Shown here one piece after another: positions 39,901 to 51,100 of a DNA stretch of 64,000 nt. How positions within the stretch are numbered: position 1 is the first letter of the stretch; each line of letters begins with the position of its first letter. The position numbers and the translations under genes were made by a program. The notes beneath the pieces are model-generated. The model saw nothing but the letters and a program-made list of their open reading frames with translations. It was not told where the DNA came from and did no database searches. The stretch covers positions 32,001 through 96,000 of the forward strand of contig JAHPZA010000005.1 in assembly GCA_019058445.1 (NCBI GenBank), written 5' to 3'. This stretch comes from Promethearchaeota archaeon. Lineage in GTDB: Archaea; Asgardarchaeota; Lokiarchaeia; Sigyniarchaeales; SOKP01.

Positions 39901-40481
39901 AGGGCATAATTTGTGTTACAACCAATATAATTTAAGCTTGAGTCTTTCCAATAAATTAATAAGGGGATGTTATCAATTACCGATTCTAGCGTTTCTCGTG
40001 ATTTTTCCAGAACATTCATGAGTTTTTGAGGATAAAGAAATTTCCAAAATCGCAGTTCTGGTGCTGCGTTAAGGCGCTCCTCGATTTCTTGATATTGTTT
40101 TTCCTTTTCTTTATATTTTGTGATATTTCTTAGAATTAGCATGATCATTTTCTTATTCTCGTCAATAAATGTCTTTCCTTTAAGTTCATACCATACGTAA
40201 TATCCTTTTTTATGTTTTATCCTTAATTCATGACTCCCTCCTTCTTTTTTAAGAATTTTTTTTAATTGCTTTTCTAATTCTAGCGACTCTGAAGGATGAG
40301 AAAATTGAACTAATTGATGCTTTAGAAAATCATCTTTTAAATACCCTAATCCTTTTAGAAGTGAATTTTCATTTATAAATTCAATTTCAAAATTGAGATT
40401 AAGAATGAAAATTAAATCCTCTATATAATCAGAGAAATCTAAATTAGTGCTATTGCTTTCTTTTAACTCATCTAATATCAT
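36918..40481 (-). CDS. Cytoplasmic PAS (7x) histidine kinase
   Basis: Seven PAS units, SHELKTPL, NLLSNAIKF, DSGVG and GSGLGL. Confidence 0.93.
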   Translation of the reverse strand: MILDELKESNSTNLDFSDYIEDLIFILNLNFEIEFINENSLLKGLGYLKDDFLKHQLVQFSHPSESLELEKQLKKILKKEGGSHELRIKHKKGYYVWYELKGKTFIDENKKMIMLILRNITKYKEKEKQYQEIEERLNAAPELRFWKFLYPQKLMNVLEKSRETLESVIDNIPLLIYWKDSSLNYIGCNTNYALINGLDDPNHIISKKDKDLIWIKYKLEKTRKAEQQVINSGTPEYNVVEDWILPNGSKVWYNINRIPLYDPEGNVIGILTTYEDITERFILEQRLKDSEKKYRDLHEKLKAGYFEVDLRGDFKFLNESLCEIIGYPKYKLLDKNFEHFVDEQTKNELYKSFNKVYETEVGLSEFIHKITRKDGKVIMLEISVYLKYNLDGEKVGFNGLIRDITEKYVLEQKLKKSEEKYRNIINNISDIIVELDLELNFTYISPKCYDIFGFKPENLIGQNVYKFVYPEDIKKLKGIMDKAEVSEQILSAELRIRHRNGHYIPVFVRGNLVDIDDTVKVVGVAMDISEKKKAEQKLKESEEKYRLITENVNDLICLLNERVRYEYINEQSHLKILGYTKEDLLGTSILNLVHPDDVEVGLKQLRGGKTEGRGEFRVRHKDGHYLWIEVKGQVFYDKDNKMKGILISRDVTERKKAEQKIREADEELKELNKELERKVLERTKELKESEENFRSMAENSLLGIGIVKNGFIVYTNKAMSEISEYTFEEMLAWKRNHFTYRIHPEDRPHIFKQILNQQKAGHDSANNFSFRYVTKSGKIKWVELYTKSIQLQGEKADLNVMIDITEKKEAEELLKTSEEKYRSMINNLDVGFYRGKIGGELLLHNSTFNKILGFDLKENFIGVRSDHFFIDPEERKRYYEELMEHGVIQNYVVKVKDKNGKTIILQVHSHLIRNEKGEPIEIEGTFIDITEKFELEQKLKESGRKLREQNIELQKLDQLKTNFLTMVSHELKTPLISIGGYTDLILTKYKNLDPEIIDDLIRVQNNVERLGRYIEQLMDVLKIEAKKMEFNKEYTNIREIIQKCINELDFQINRKELKVEVFVDSNISLEVDSDRITQVFTNLLSNAIKFTARNGKIEVSAEKLEKDSKYLFKVKDSGVGINKDEIGHLFEKFVMLEKSPEGASTFESGSGLGLYITKGIIEGHNGEIWARSEGKGTGTEVFFTVPW

Positions 40482-40737
40482 TGATTGTTTCAGCCTCTTG
40501 TAGGACTCTATACAAAAAAGTTATTTATTAAATTATATGTATTCAAGAAAAGTTTTAAATTATTCATTTTTCAAATTAATTTTGTTATAATACAGAGTCT
40601 AAATAGGTTTATATTTACACAAACAGCATTGAATTATTATCTCAAAAAATCGAAATCTTAACTTTTGTATTCAAACTAGAATAGAAACAGAACGCAGTAT
40701 GCTTCTAGAAGGAATAAATAAAGCTGTTAAAAAAAAT

Positions 40738-41373
40738 TCACTTTTTTTTGGAATAAAACATCTTATAGGCATGTAGTAATCTCTGAAAGGCAGTTATGAA
40801 GATTAAAATCGCAAAAATCAATAGTAAGATGATCCTCCATGGAATAACAATGGTAATTATTATTAGAAATATAAAAGTTTCAGTTCTCTCCATGATCCCG
40901 TGAGAATAGTAAATAATTTTTTGTTGTTCTTTTAAGTTTTCCTCTTCAGCAACACAGCCTACCATTAAAAAAATAGTAATACATAGTATTATAGCACTGA
41001 GAGAAAATATACCTGGCCACATTAGTTGGATAGGATCTGTTGAAATAATCGCTAATAAAATCGCTATTTCAACAATTCTATCACAAAAAATATCCAAAAT
41101 CCCTCCAAAGGTAGTTGGTTCTTCCAACCTTGCCACTGTGCCATCCAAAATGTCTATAAAAAATGATAAACTCATTAAAATTGATGAAATAATCATAATT
41201 TCAAAAACAAACTCTACAAGATTACTTAAGAAAATACATAATGCGCTTAATAAACCTAACATTAGACCAATAATCGTAAGTGAATTAGCCGATATTCTTC
41301 CTAAAAATACTTTGCTTACAACCTTATTTATTGTTTTCTTGAGTTTAGAATTTTGAAACCAGTTATCAATCAT
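40738..41373 (-). CDS. CDP-alcohol phosphatidyltransferase family protein
   Basis: ANSLT and the signature DILDGTVAR...GGILDIFCDR. Confidence 0.9.
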   Translation of the reverse strand: MIDNWFQNSKLKKTINKVVSKVFLGRISANSLTIIGLMLGLLSALCIFLSNLVEFVFEIMIISSILMSLSFFIDILDGTVARLEEPTTFGGILDIFCDRIVEIAILLAIISTDPIQLMWPGIFSLSAIILCITIFLMVGCVAEEENLKEQQKIIYYSHGIMERTETFIFLIIITIVIPWRIILLLIFAILIFITAFQRLLHAYKMFYSKKK

Positions 41374-41382
41374 CTTATTATG

Positions 41383-42162
41383 TTATGGTTTTAAAAAATC
41401 CATTAAAATTGTATTAAATTCTTCCGGTTTCTCAACCGATACTGCATGTCTTGCATCTTCAATGACCACAAGCTTTGCATCTGGAATTAACGCGGTATAC
41501 TCTTTCTTAGCTTCTAAAGGAGTGTAATCTTCATCAGCAGCTAATATTAAGGTGGGACATTTTATCTCATGTAGTCTATCCATTACAGTCCAATTTTTAA
41601 GAGTTTTTAATGAACTAATATATGCTTTTTTATCGTTTTCGGCCCATCTAGTAGCCATTCTTTCACGTAATTCTTCTTGCTCTGGTTTTATAAAAAGTCG
41701 TTTAGCAAGTACTTCTCCCATTTTTTTCATTCCCATCATTTTGACGATGAGAACTCTCATTAAAAACATCTGTTTCTCCTTAAATGTTTTTATAGGAACC
41801 GAAGCACTCATATTGACCACTGTTAAGGTTTTAACAATATTGGGATGCTCAATGGCTAAATTAAATCCAATTGCACCTCCCAAAGAGATCCCTACAACAT
41901 ATACTTCACCAATCTTTAATGACTTTATTAGCTCGGCAATATCATCTGCGAACATTGCAATACTATACGGTCCTTTAGGTTTATCTGTTAGTCCATGACC
42001 TCGTAAATCAAGAGTAATAACTTTAAAGTTTTTAGAGAATACTGGTATTTGTTCCTCCCAATCCCTAAGACTTGATCCCAAACCATGAATAAACAGTAGG
42101 GGTTGACCTTCACCTATGATTTCATAATTAATATTTATATCTCGAATCAGTTTTTTTGGCAT
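41383..42162 (-). CDS. Alpha/beta hydrolase (PcaD/enol-lactonase-like)
   Basis: FIHGLG, DLRGHG, nucleophile elbow GISLGG and a C-terminal Asp/His. Confidence 0.88.
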   Translation of the reverse strand: MPKKLIRDININYEIIGEGQPLLFIHGLGSSLRDWEEQIPVFSKNFKVITLDLRGHGLTDKPKGPYSIAMFADDIAELIKSLKIGEVYVVGISLGGAIGFNLAIEHPNIVKTLTVVNMSASVPIKTFKEKQMFLMRVLIVKMMGMKKMGEVLAKRLFIKPEQEELRERMATRWAENDKKAYISSLKTLKNWTVMDRLHEIKCPTLILAADEDYTPLEAKKEYTALIPDAKLVVIEDARHAVSVEKPEEFNTILMDFLKP

Positions 42163-42289
42163 AAAAATTCCTTTTTTGACTTAAAATTTAAGATTATTAA
42201 GTAACCAAATAATAAAAATAAAGTATTATTTATTGAAAAAATAATATTAAAAATATTAATTAATTATAAAATTAGAATAGTAATAAATT

Positions 42290-45019
42290 ATGAATGATAA
42301 AATAATTTCTCCTCCATATAATTTACGATGTGAATATTTAAATAATCCCATTGAAATTGATACTTCTTTTCCTCGATTTTCATGGCTCTTACGCCATGAA
42401 GAAAGAGCTCAAGCGCAAAAAGCTTATCAAATTATAATATCTTCACAAAAAGATTATGCTGAATCTGGAAATGGAGATTTATGGGATACTGGGAAAGTTA
42501 ATACAGAAAATACTGTCAATATTGTATATAATGGAAAGAGTTTAGAAAATAATACTATATATTACTGGAGAGTAAAATGGTGGGATAAAAATGACAATAA
42601 AAGCGAATATAGTGAAATTGCTAAATTTGAAACTGCATTTTTAACCGAATCAGAGTGGAAAGCGAATTGGATAACAAGAAGAGCCTTTATAGACAAAAAA
42701 GAAAGGAAAAAATTTCAATATAAGTCTGGGACTCATGTTTTTCTTGGAGTAGTGAGAGAATTTTACGGAGTGTATTTGCGCAAAGAATTTAATATTTCCA
42801 AAAAAATTACTAATGCAAGAGTTTATGTCTGTGGATTAGGGAATTATGAACTTCGAATAAATGGAAAAAAGATTGGAGATAAAATCTTAGATCCAGGTTG
42901 TACCGACTTTAAAAAGCTCGCACTCTACTCAAAGTATGATGTTAATAAATCTTTAAAGGAAAAAAATGCCATTTGTGTTATCTTAGGAAATGGCAGGTAC
43001 CTAAAAAACTTTGGCTTTACTTATCCAAAACTTAAATTGCAGCTTATTATTCAATATGAAGATGGTACTAAAGATATTATATGTTCAGATGATACTTGGA
43101 AGGTTTCTCAAGGACCTATTTTAGAAAATGGGCTTTATTATGGTGAAAAATATGATGCAAGATTAGAAATACCCGGATGGGATAAACCTAATTATAACGA
43201 TTCTTCATGGGAAAACACAGCAATAGTTGATGGACCAAGGTTAACTTCCCAGATGATGCCCCCTATTAGAATTTCTAAAGTAATCAAACCTAAGAAATTA
43301 TATAGTACAAAACCTGGAGTTTATATATTTGATTTTGGTCAGAATTTTACGGGATTTATTAGATTAAAAGTAAACGGGCCAAGAGGATCTGAAATCAAGA
43401 TTAGACATTCAGAAATAATTTTTGATGACGGTACCTTAAATACAGCCACGATTCGAACTGCAAGTGCCACAGATACATATATATTAAAGGGTGGTGAGGA
43501 AGAAATATTTAAGCCCCATTTTACATATCATGGTTTTAGATATGCTGAAATAACAGGTTTTCCAGGAGTTCCATCATTAGAAAATGTTGAGGGGTTATTT
43601 ATTCATTCTGATGTTCCTAAAACAGGCAATTTTTCCTGCTCTAATGAAATAATCAATAAAACTCACGAAAATATAATTTGGGGCCAACTAAGCAATTTTA
43701 TGGGTATCCCAACAGATTGTCCTCAGCGTGATGAGCGTCATGGATGGATGGGAGATGCTCAATTAGTTGTTGAAGAAGCCATTTTTAATTTTGATACTGC
43801 AAGATTTTATACAAAGTATTTACGTGATATTAAATTATGCCAAAAGGAAAATGGCGCAATTTCAGATGTAGTTCCACCTTATTGGCCACTATATCCAGCA
43901 GATCCAGCATGGGGTTCAGCATTAGTCACAATTGCATGGTACTTGTATTGGTATTATAATGATATCCGAATACTAGAAGAAAACTATGAATCTATGAAGA
44001 GTTATGTCGATTTTCTAAATAGACATACCGAAGATAATATTTTATATAAGTTTGGAAAGTATGGTGATTGGTGTCCCCCAAGTAATATCGAATCAAGAAA
44101 AACACCGATTGAACATATAAACACTTGGTATTGTTACCACGATACATTCATCCTTTCTAAAATAGCTAGAATACTGGGAAAAAATCAGGACTTCGATGAA
44201 CTATTCAAAAAATCCGAAGAAATCAAAGTATCTTTTAATAATAAATTTCTAGGGAATAAAATTCCAATTGCATATAATACACCAAAATTTTATATGGCTG
44301 ATAGAACAATCTCTCAAACTTCTAATATCCTCCCTTTGTATTTGAATATGGTACCTGAGGATAAAAAAGAAAAAGTACTTTCCACATTACTAAATTGCAT
44401 AATTGAAGACAAAGATTACCATGTTGATACGGGTATAGTAGGCACACGATATTTATGGGATGTACTTATTGATAATAATTGTAATGATGTGGCCTATAAA
44501 ATAGTAACACAAGAGAGCTACCCCGGATATGGATATATGATCAAGGAAGGCGCTACAACATTGTGGGAAAGATGGGAAAAACTTGAGGGGAGTGGAATGA
44601 ATTCTCATAATCATATCATGCTGGGTAGTGTTGATACGTGGTTTTTTAAAGCATTAGGAGGGATTTCTTCACTTGAACCTTGTTGGAAGAGAATTAGAAT
44701 TAAACCATTTATTCACACAGATTTAAAATATGCTATTGCTTCTCTTAATACTTTTAAAGGCTTCTTATACAGCTCTTGGGAAATAAAAGAGGGATTCTTA
44801 AAAATGACTATTCACGTACCTGTAGGATGCACCGCTGAAAGTTGGATTCCTATTAAAAATACTGAGTGTGAAATTAAGGATGGAGATGATACTTTATGGC
44901 AGAATGGAGTTACTATTGAAAAAGAAAATGGTCCAGTACACAAAGAAGTGAAAGATAGCTATGTTGTATTTACAATTGGCTCAGGTTATTATCAATTTAC
45001 CATAACACCTTATGAATAA
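42290..45019 (+). CDS. Alpha-L-rhamnosidase, GH78
   Basis: DFGQNFTG, FTYHGFRY, PTDCPQRDERHGWMGD, GATTLWERW and NSHNHIMLG. Confidence 0.92.
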   Translation: MNDKIISPPYNLRCEYLNNPIEIDTSFPRFSWLLRHEERAQAQKAYQIIISSQKDYAESGNGDLWDTGKVNTENTVNIVYNGKSLENNTIYYWRVKWWDKNDNKSEYSEIAKFETAFLTESEWKANWITRRAFIDKKERKKFQYKSGTHVFLGVVREFYGVYLRKEFNISKKITNARVYVCGLGNYELRINGKKIGDKILDPGCTDFKKLALYSKYDVNKSLKEKNAICVILGNGRYLKNFGFTYPKLKLQLIIQYEDGTKDIICSDDTWKVSQGPILENGLYYGEKYDARLEIPGWDKPNYNDSSWENTAIVDGPRLTSQMMPPIRISKVIKPKKLYSTKPGVYIFDFGQNFTGFIRLKVNGPRGSEIKIRHSEIIFDDGTLNTATIRTASATDTYILKGGEEEIFKPHFTYHGFRYAEITGFPGVPSLENVEGLFIHSDVPKTGNFSCSNEIINKTHENIIWGQLSNFMGIPTDCPQRDERHGWMGDAQLVVEEAIFNFDTARFYTKYLRDIKLCQKENGAISDVVPPYWPLYPADPAWGSALVTIAWYLYWYYNDIRILEENYESMKSYVDFLNRHTEDNILYKFGKYGDWCPPSNIESRKTPIEHINTWYCYHDTFILSKIARILGKNQDFDELFKKSEEIKVSFNNKFLGNKIPIAYNTPKFYMADRTISQTSNILPLYLNMVPEDKKEKVLSTLLNCIIEDKDYHVDTGIVGTRYLWDVLIDNNCNDVAYKIVTQESYPGYGYMIKEGATTLWERWEKLEGSGMNSHNHIMLGSVDTWFFKALGGISSLEPCWKRIRIKPFIHTDLKYAIASLNTFKGFLYSSWEIKEGFLKMTIHVPVGCTAESWIPIKNTECEIKDGDDTLWQNGVTIEKENGPVHKEVKDSYVVFTIGSGYYQFTITPYE

Positions 45020-45113
45020 ACAATATTAGATATTGAGGTTTTTTTTTAAATATCTCATTTATAAAATACTAGAAATTAGAATTAACATAATAAAACTTTA
45101 TTTAGATGAAAGA

Positions 45114-48100
45114 ATGCCATTTAATTTAAAAGAAATTAATCAAGAGGAATTTAAAAACCCTCCAAAGCATGCCCGCCCCATGGTTCGTTGGTGGTGGACG
45201 GGTTTAGATGTAGAAAAAGAAGAATTAGTTACAGAAGTCCGTGAATTAGATGAAGTTGGATTCTTGGGCGCGGAAATACAAGTATTTATGATTGGGTCGC
45301 CCATGGATCTTGAAACAAAAGATAAGGAACGTGCTGTTCGTGCTCATAGATTTATGCAACCATATTATTATGAAATGATAAAAGCAGTTTTAGATGAGGC
45401 ATCTAAAAGGGGAATGATTATGGATTTAACTATTGGTTCTTCTTGGCCTGCTGGGGGAGTACATATTTCAATACAAGATTCAATGAAAGTTTTATTGGTT
45501 GGTCAAAAAACTATAAATGGACCCTTAGCATATTCTGACAAAATACCAAATTATATTAGACCGCCAAAACAAGGCCTTGCATACATAGAGGATCTTAAAG
45601 AAGGGTTCAAATTAGAAGCTGTCATAGCATTTAAACCTATTGGGAAACCAGGACAAATAAAATTTAAAAAAATTAAAACAACTTACATTGACCAAGAATC
45701 GATTATTGATTTAACTGAAAATGTTGATGATGATTATATTTTAAGCTGGAATTTTCCTGAAGGAGTTTGGCAAATTCTCTCATTTTATAGTGGGCCTTCT
45801 GGAGTTCATCCATTAGCAGATAGCCGTTCTGAACTAGATAAAGGAAGTTTAGTATTAGATCATCTCTCATCTAAATCTATTAAAAAACATTTAGATTTAC
45901 ATCTTGGAGAGGGGAAAAAATATTTTAAAAATCATTTTGGTACGACTCTTCGAGCATTTTTCACGGATAGTTTAGAATTATCATCTAGTTGGTTATGGAC
46001 TGAAGATTTATTAGAGCAATTTAATAAAAGGCGTGGTTATAGTCTTAAACCATTTTTACCAGTTTGTTTTGTTCCAAATAGAGATAATAAATATCTTCAA
46101 GCTTTTTTTGGTGGAGATACTCCGCTGTTTGATTTTAAAGACGATATTGGAGAAAAAATTAGATATGACTATGAAAAAACGATTTCAGATTTATTTTCTG
46201 AAGAATTTGTAAAAACAATGACAATTTGGGCTGAAAAGAACGAACTCAAGAATCGTATTCAAGCATATGGAATTAGAGTGGATAATTTAAAGACTTATGG
46301 TATTGCTCATATCCCTGAGACTGAACAATTATATGCGGGAGGTATTATTGATTTTTTGAAGTTTGCTGGTTCAGCTGCTATACTTTACGAGAAACCGATA
46401 GTAACAGCTGAATCTATTGTTTGGAATCAGAGAGATTATATGACAACGCCTCTTAAATGGAAAGTCGCTGCAGACAGATTATTTATATCAGGAGTTAATC
46501 AAATGATATATCATGGTTTTCCATATCAGAATATAAAATTCCCCTATCCGGGCTTTTGTGGTTTTTCTACACCATATTTACCACAGATTGCGAATTTTTC
46601 TTCAAATTTTGGCAGAATGAATCCTTTTTGGGAATTTTTTCCAATAATGAATAAGTATGTATCAAGATGTCAATATATTTTACAACACGGAAAAACAGTT
46701 TCAAATATTGCGATTTATTATTCTATTTTTAATTATTGCGATACAGTTTTTAATTATTCCGATTCAGAGGAATTAGTAGGTGGTTATTTAGACCAATATG
46801 ATGCTCCCTTAACAAAAGGGGGTCTTGTTTCACGAATGAAGAAAAAATTAGATACTAATGAAAAATGGGCTTCAAAATTATTAAATTTAACCGACAAGCT
46901 AAGTAATAATGGATTTTTTTATACACATATTAACGAAGAAAGTATCCTAAATAGCAGAATAATTAATAACAAACTTATAATAGGAATGGGAGAATTTGAA
47001 GTTTTAATATTTCCAAATATAGAAAAAATTTCTTTAAATATGGCACGTAAATTAAAAGAAATAAGTAATTCAGGTATTTCAATAATTTTTATATCTACAT
47101 TGCCTGATAAGCAACTAGGATTCTTAAACTTCGAGCAGAATGACAAAGTAATCAAAAGTATTATAAATGAACTTATTGAAAATAAGAAAGCATCTTTAAT
47201 TGATGAAAGTCAAGATATTTCACAATATTTAATCCAAAAGCTAAATATAAATCCAGGGATAAGATATAAAAAAGAACAACCATCTATTAATTATATTCAC
47301 AAAAGAACTGAAAGTGCAGACTATTGTTTCTTAAGGCACTCTCTTAATCAGCCAAAAAAGTTAAACATAAGATTCCCTTTCTCAGATAAAGTACCATTCA
47401 TTTTAGATCCTTGGAGTGGTAAAATATCTCAAGCCGCTCAATATAAAAAAGAACATAATTCCATCGAAATGGATTTGTCGTTTAATGCATATGGATCAAT
47501 AATCTTAGAATTCAAAAAAACGGAAGAAAAACTGCATATTACTGAAAGCAAGTTAAAAACTGAGAGGATTAATGGTGGGCTAGTATGCTATGGTGATACA
47601 CCTGGAAAATTTTTATTAAGATTAAGTAATGGCGACGAAAAGGTAATAATAATTAATGAGGAGGATTTAGTATCCATTCCATTAAACAAATGGCATTTAA
47701 ATACTAATATTAGAGACCACTTAGGAAATATCTCACCAATTGAAATGGATTTAGAAGAATTGGAAGATTGGCGTAATATTCCAGAATTAAAATATTGTTC
47801 TAGTAAGGGTGTTTATACTACAAAATTCAATATAGAGGAAAAATACATCCAAAATGACCTAAAATTTATTCTTTCACTTGGAAGAGTTCATGATGTCGCA
47901 GTTGTAAAAATCAATGGTTCCCTCACAGATCCTTTATTGGTATATCCCTATGAAATTGATATAGCACCCTATATAAAAAGTGGTGAAAACGATATTAAGG
48001 TAGAGATAACTCCAACGCTTAGAAATCGGTTAAATGGCTACGGTGAAAAAGGAGGTGAAAACTGGATAAATCATAAAAACAGAAAGGAATTCATGCCATC

Positions 48101-48152
48101 AGGCTTAGTTGGTCCAGTGGTAATTAACACAATAAAATTAATTAGTTTCTAA
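45114..48152 (+). CDS. Glycoside hydrolase, GH106 (alpha-L-rhamnosidase-like)
   Basis: FKNPP..ARPMVRWWW, SSWPAGG, FFTDSLE, GVNQMIYHG and C-terminal PSGLVGPV. I prefer the ATG at 45114 to the TTG at 45033. Confidence 0.82.
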   Translation: MPFNLKEINQEEFKNPPKHARPMVRWWWTGLDVEKEELVTEVRELDEVGFLGAEIQVFMIGSPMDLETKDKERAVRAHRFMQPYYYEMIKAVLDEASKRGMIMDLTIGSSWPAGGVHISIQDSMKVLLVGQKTINGPLAYSDKIPNYIRPPKQGLAYIEDLKEGFKLEAVIAFKPIGKPGQIKFKKIKTTYIDQESIIDLTENVDDDYILSWNFPEGVWQILSFYSGPSGVHPLADSRSELDKGSLVLDHLSSKSIKKHLDLHLGEGKKYFKNHFGTTLRAFFTDSLELSSSWLWTEDLLEQFNKRRGYSLKPFLPVCFVPNRDNKYLQAFFGGDTPLFDFKDDIGEKIRYDYEKTISDLFSEEFVKTMTIWAEKNELKNRIQAYGIRVDNLKTYGIAHIPETEQLYAGGIIDFLKFAGSAAILYEKPIVTAESIVWNQRDYMTTPLKWKVAADRLFISGVNQMIYHGFPYQNIKFPYPGFCGFSTPYLPQIANFSSNFGRMNPFWEFFPIMNKYVSRCQYILQHGKTVSNIAIYYSIFNYCDTVFNYSDSEELVGGYLDQYDAPLTKGGLVSRMKKKLDTNEKWASKLLNLTDKLSNNGFFYTHINEESILNSRIINNKLIIGMGEFEVLIFPNIEKISLNMARKLKEISNSGISIIFISTLPDKQLGFLNFEQNDKVIKSIINELIENKKASLIDESQDISQYLIQKLNINPGIRYKKEQPSINYIHKRTESADYCFLRHSLNQPKKLNIRFPFSDKVPFILDPWSGKISQAAQYKKEHNSIEMDLSFNAYGSIILEFKKTEEKLHITESKLKTERINGGLVCYGDTPGKFLLRLSNGDEKVIIINEEDLVSIPLNKWHLNTNIRDHLGNISPIEMDLEELEDWRNIPELKYCSSKGVYTTKFNIEEKYIQNDLKFILSLGRVHDVAVVKINGSLTDPLLVYPYEIDIAPYIKSGENDIKVEITPTLRNRLNGYGEKGGENWINHKNRKEFMPSGLVGPVVINTIKLISF

Positions 48153-51100
48153 TAGCTTCAGGAATCAAAATGACAAAATTGCTTCCTTTAGTGTAATCCC
48201 CTTTAATTTTATCTTCAACCCAGATTTTCCCATTATATTTTTTTATTATTTTTTTTATTAGCGACAATCCAACTCCCATTCCTTTACCGCCCTTATGTGC
48301 TCTTTCATACCTTTTAAAGATTAGATCTTTACGTTCATCTGCTACACCTATTCCATTGTCCAGAAATTCCATCTTGATATAACCTATTTCTTCAATTAAT
48401 TTTTTAGATATCTTTATTGAAATCTCTACGTTTTCATTGCTGTTATATTTTACAGCATTATTAAGGAGATTATCAAATACATCTTGAACAAGATAATTAG
48501 CTTTAACTGTGATACTCTCTTTAAAAGAGTCGACTTGAGTATCAAATTTTTTATTTGTATAAACATTTTTTATAAATTCAATTGAGTTTTTTAATAGATT
48601 ATTTATCTCAATCGGTTCAATAGGTATATCTTCCTCTTCTAAATTTGAAAGTGTGTGAATATTGGTTATTAGTTTAGCTCCTCTCATAACTTGCTTTTTA
48701 ATAATACTTGTTATTGCATTTACATCCCTTATTTTTTCAGATTCTGAAAGATGATATTTAATAAGTTCTGCAGAGGAATTTATCGTTTGAAGTATATTAT
48801 TTATATCATGTGCGAAAAGATCCTTATAATAATTCGCGCGCTTATAGGCTTTTCGAAATTTTTTTTCAGACTCTTTTAGTTTTTTTTCAGCTTCTTTCTT
48901 TTCTGTGACATCGCGTGTTACACCTAAAACGCCGATTGCTTTTTGATTCTCATCGCGTAAAAAAGTTACTACTATCTCCTTATTGATAATCGAACCATTT
49001 TTATGTATTTGTTCAACTTCAAAAACTCGTATTCGATTTAAATCCTTATCTTTTCGTCTTTCGATTTTTAATTCTTCTTTAAACTGCTCTACTAAAAATT
49101 TACATGAGGTGGGCGTATGATATTGATCAATTTTCATATTTAACATTTCTTCCACTGTATAACCTGATGCATTTTGAGTTGAGGGGCTAACATAAGTTAA
49201 ATTTAGATTCATGTCAGTAGTCCAAATAACGTCATTAGCATTTTCAGAAAGTAATCGATATCTTTCTTCAGATTCTTTTAATTTTCTTTCAGCTTCCTTT
49301 CTTTCGCTAACATCCCGTGTTATGCCAATGATTCCAATCGCTTTTTCATTTTCATCCCGTAACCACGTAAGAATTAGTTCTACATCAACAATAGTACCAT
49401 TTTTATGTATTTGTTGAATTTCAATCTTACGAACTCGGTCTTGATTTTCTGTTCCTCGTTTTTCTAACTCCAGCTCTTCCTTAAAGGCCTCAATTAAAAT
49501 TTTTATTGAATTTGGGGTAGTAAATTTCTGAAATCCCAAATCTAATGTTTCTTTATCAGTATAACCAAGAACTTTTAAACAAGTCGGGCTAATATAAGTA
49601 AAACTTAAATTCATATCAACTGTCCAAATAACATCATTAGCATTTTCAGTAATTAAACGTAATCGTTCCTCTGAAGCACTTAATTTTTGCTCTGCTTCAA
49701 TTCTACTAGTGCAATCTTCAATTAATGTTTGGATATATATTGTTCCAGCTATATTGATTAGTGATGAATTTATAGATCCCCAAAATTTGCTTCCATCTTT
49801 TTTGATTAACTCAACATCTATCGGGGGTAATGGTTCTCCTTCCAATATTCTTCTTAATCTCTCAAGCAAGATTGGAATGAATTTTTGATCAATTATATTC
49901 TGTATAAAATACTTTCTACCAATTAATTCTTCTCTTACATAACCAAAGTCTTCCACTTTAGAATTACAATCTACAATTATTCCTTTCGAATTGAGTAATA
50001 TTATTATAAATGGAGATTTTTCAAATAAAAACCGATATCTCTCTTCAGATTCCTGTAATTTTCTTTCAGCTTTTTTTCGTGCTGAAATATCACGTGAGAG
50101 TCCTATTATGCCAATAGCAGTATTGTCATCATCACGTAAAAATGTCGCTGATACTTCAACATCAATTATTTTTCCATTTTTATGTATTTGTTGTATCTCA
50201 AACCTTCGAGACCTCGTTAAATCCTTATCAGCTTGTTTTTCAATTGCCAATTCTTCTTTAAATATTTCTGCGATAATTTTTATAGACTCTGGAGTTGTAG
50301 TTTTTTGTATCGACAAACCTTTCAATTCTTCGGGGCTGTAACCAAGCATATCATATGATGCAGGAGAAGCAAATGTTTGTTTTAGATTCATATCCATTAT
50401 AAAAACAGATTCCTTTGAATTATCCGTAATTAATCGATATCGTTTTTCAGATTCTTTTAATTTTATCTCTGCTAATTTCCTTTCAGATATATCTCGAACT
50501 ACACCATAAAACCTCCCATTCTCCATATATGCTCCTCTAGCTGAACAATAAACATAATGACCGTCTTTGTGTAGTGTTCTATATTCTACTGTTAAATTCT
50601 TTTTAGTATCATAACTTTCTTTTAATACTTTTGCAACTCTAGGAAGATCTTTTGGATGGATAAACTTATGAATTCTTTTACCTCTAATTTCTTCGAACGT
50701 AAATCCAAAGATATCATATAATTGAGGGCTAGCATAGGTAAATTTTCCTTTTAAGTCGACTTCAAGCAATAAATCCGAAATGCTATTAACTAAATCTTTA
50801 TATTTTTCTTCTGCTAATTTTTGCTCTGTAATATCGGAAATCACATGGACAGCTCCAATGATACAATTCTTATCATTTAAAATAGGATTAGCAGAAAATC
50901 GTAGCCATTTATCTCCTATCTGAGCGATTGAGGATTCAGTTTGGCCCGATTTTTTCATAAACATGACTGGACACCAATCTACAGGTGTGGAAGTGCCATA
51001 AACAACGTCCCAACATGTACGTCCAATAATTTGTTGATAATTGGATTTTCCCAATATCTCTAATGTAGCTCGATTACATTGTATTATTCGATTATCTTGA

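Noticed and set aside
45033-45113. TTG start and N-terminal extension of the GH106 gene
   Set aside because: The extension looks like AT-rich intergenic sequence; family similarity starts just after the ATG at 45114.
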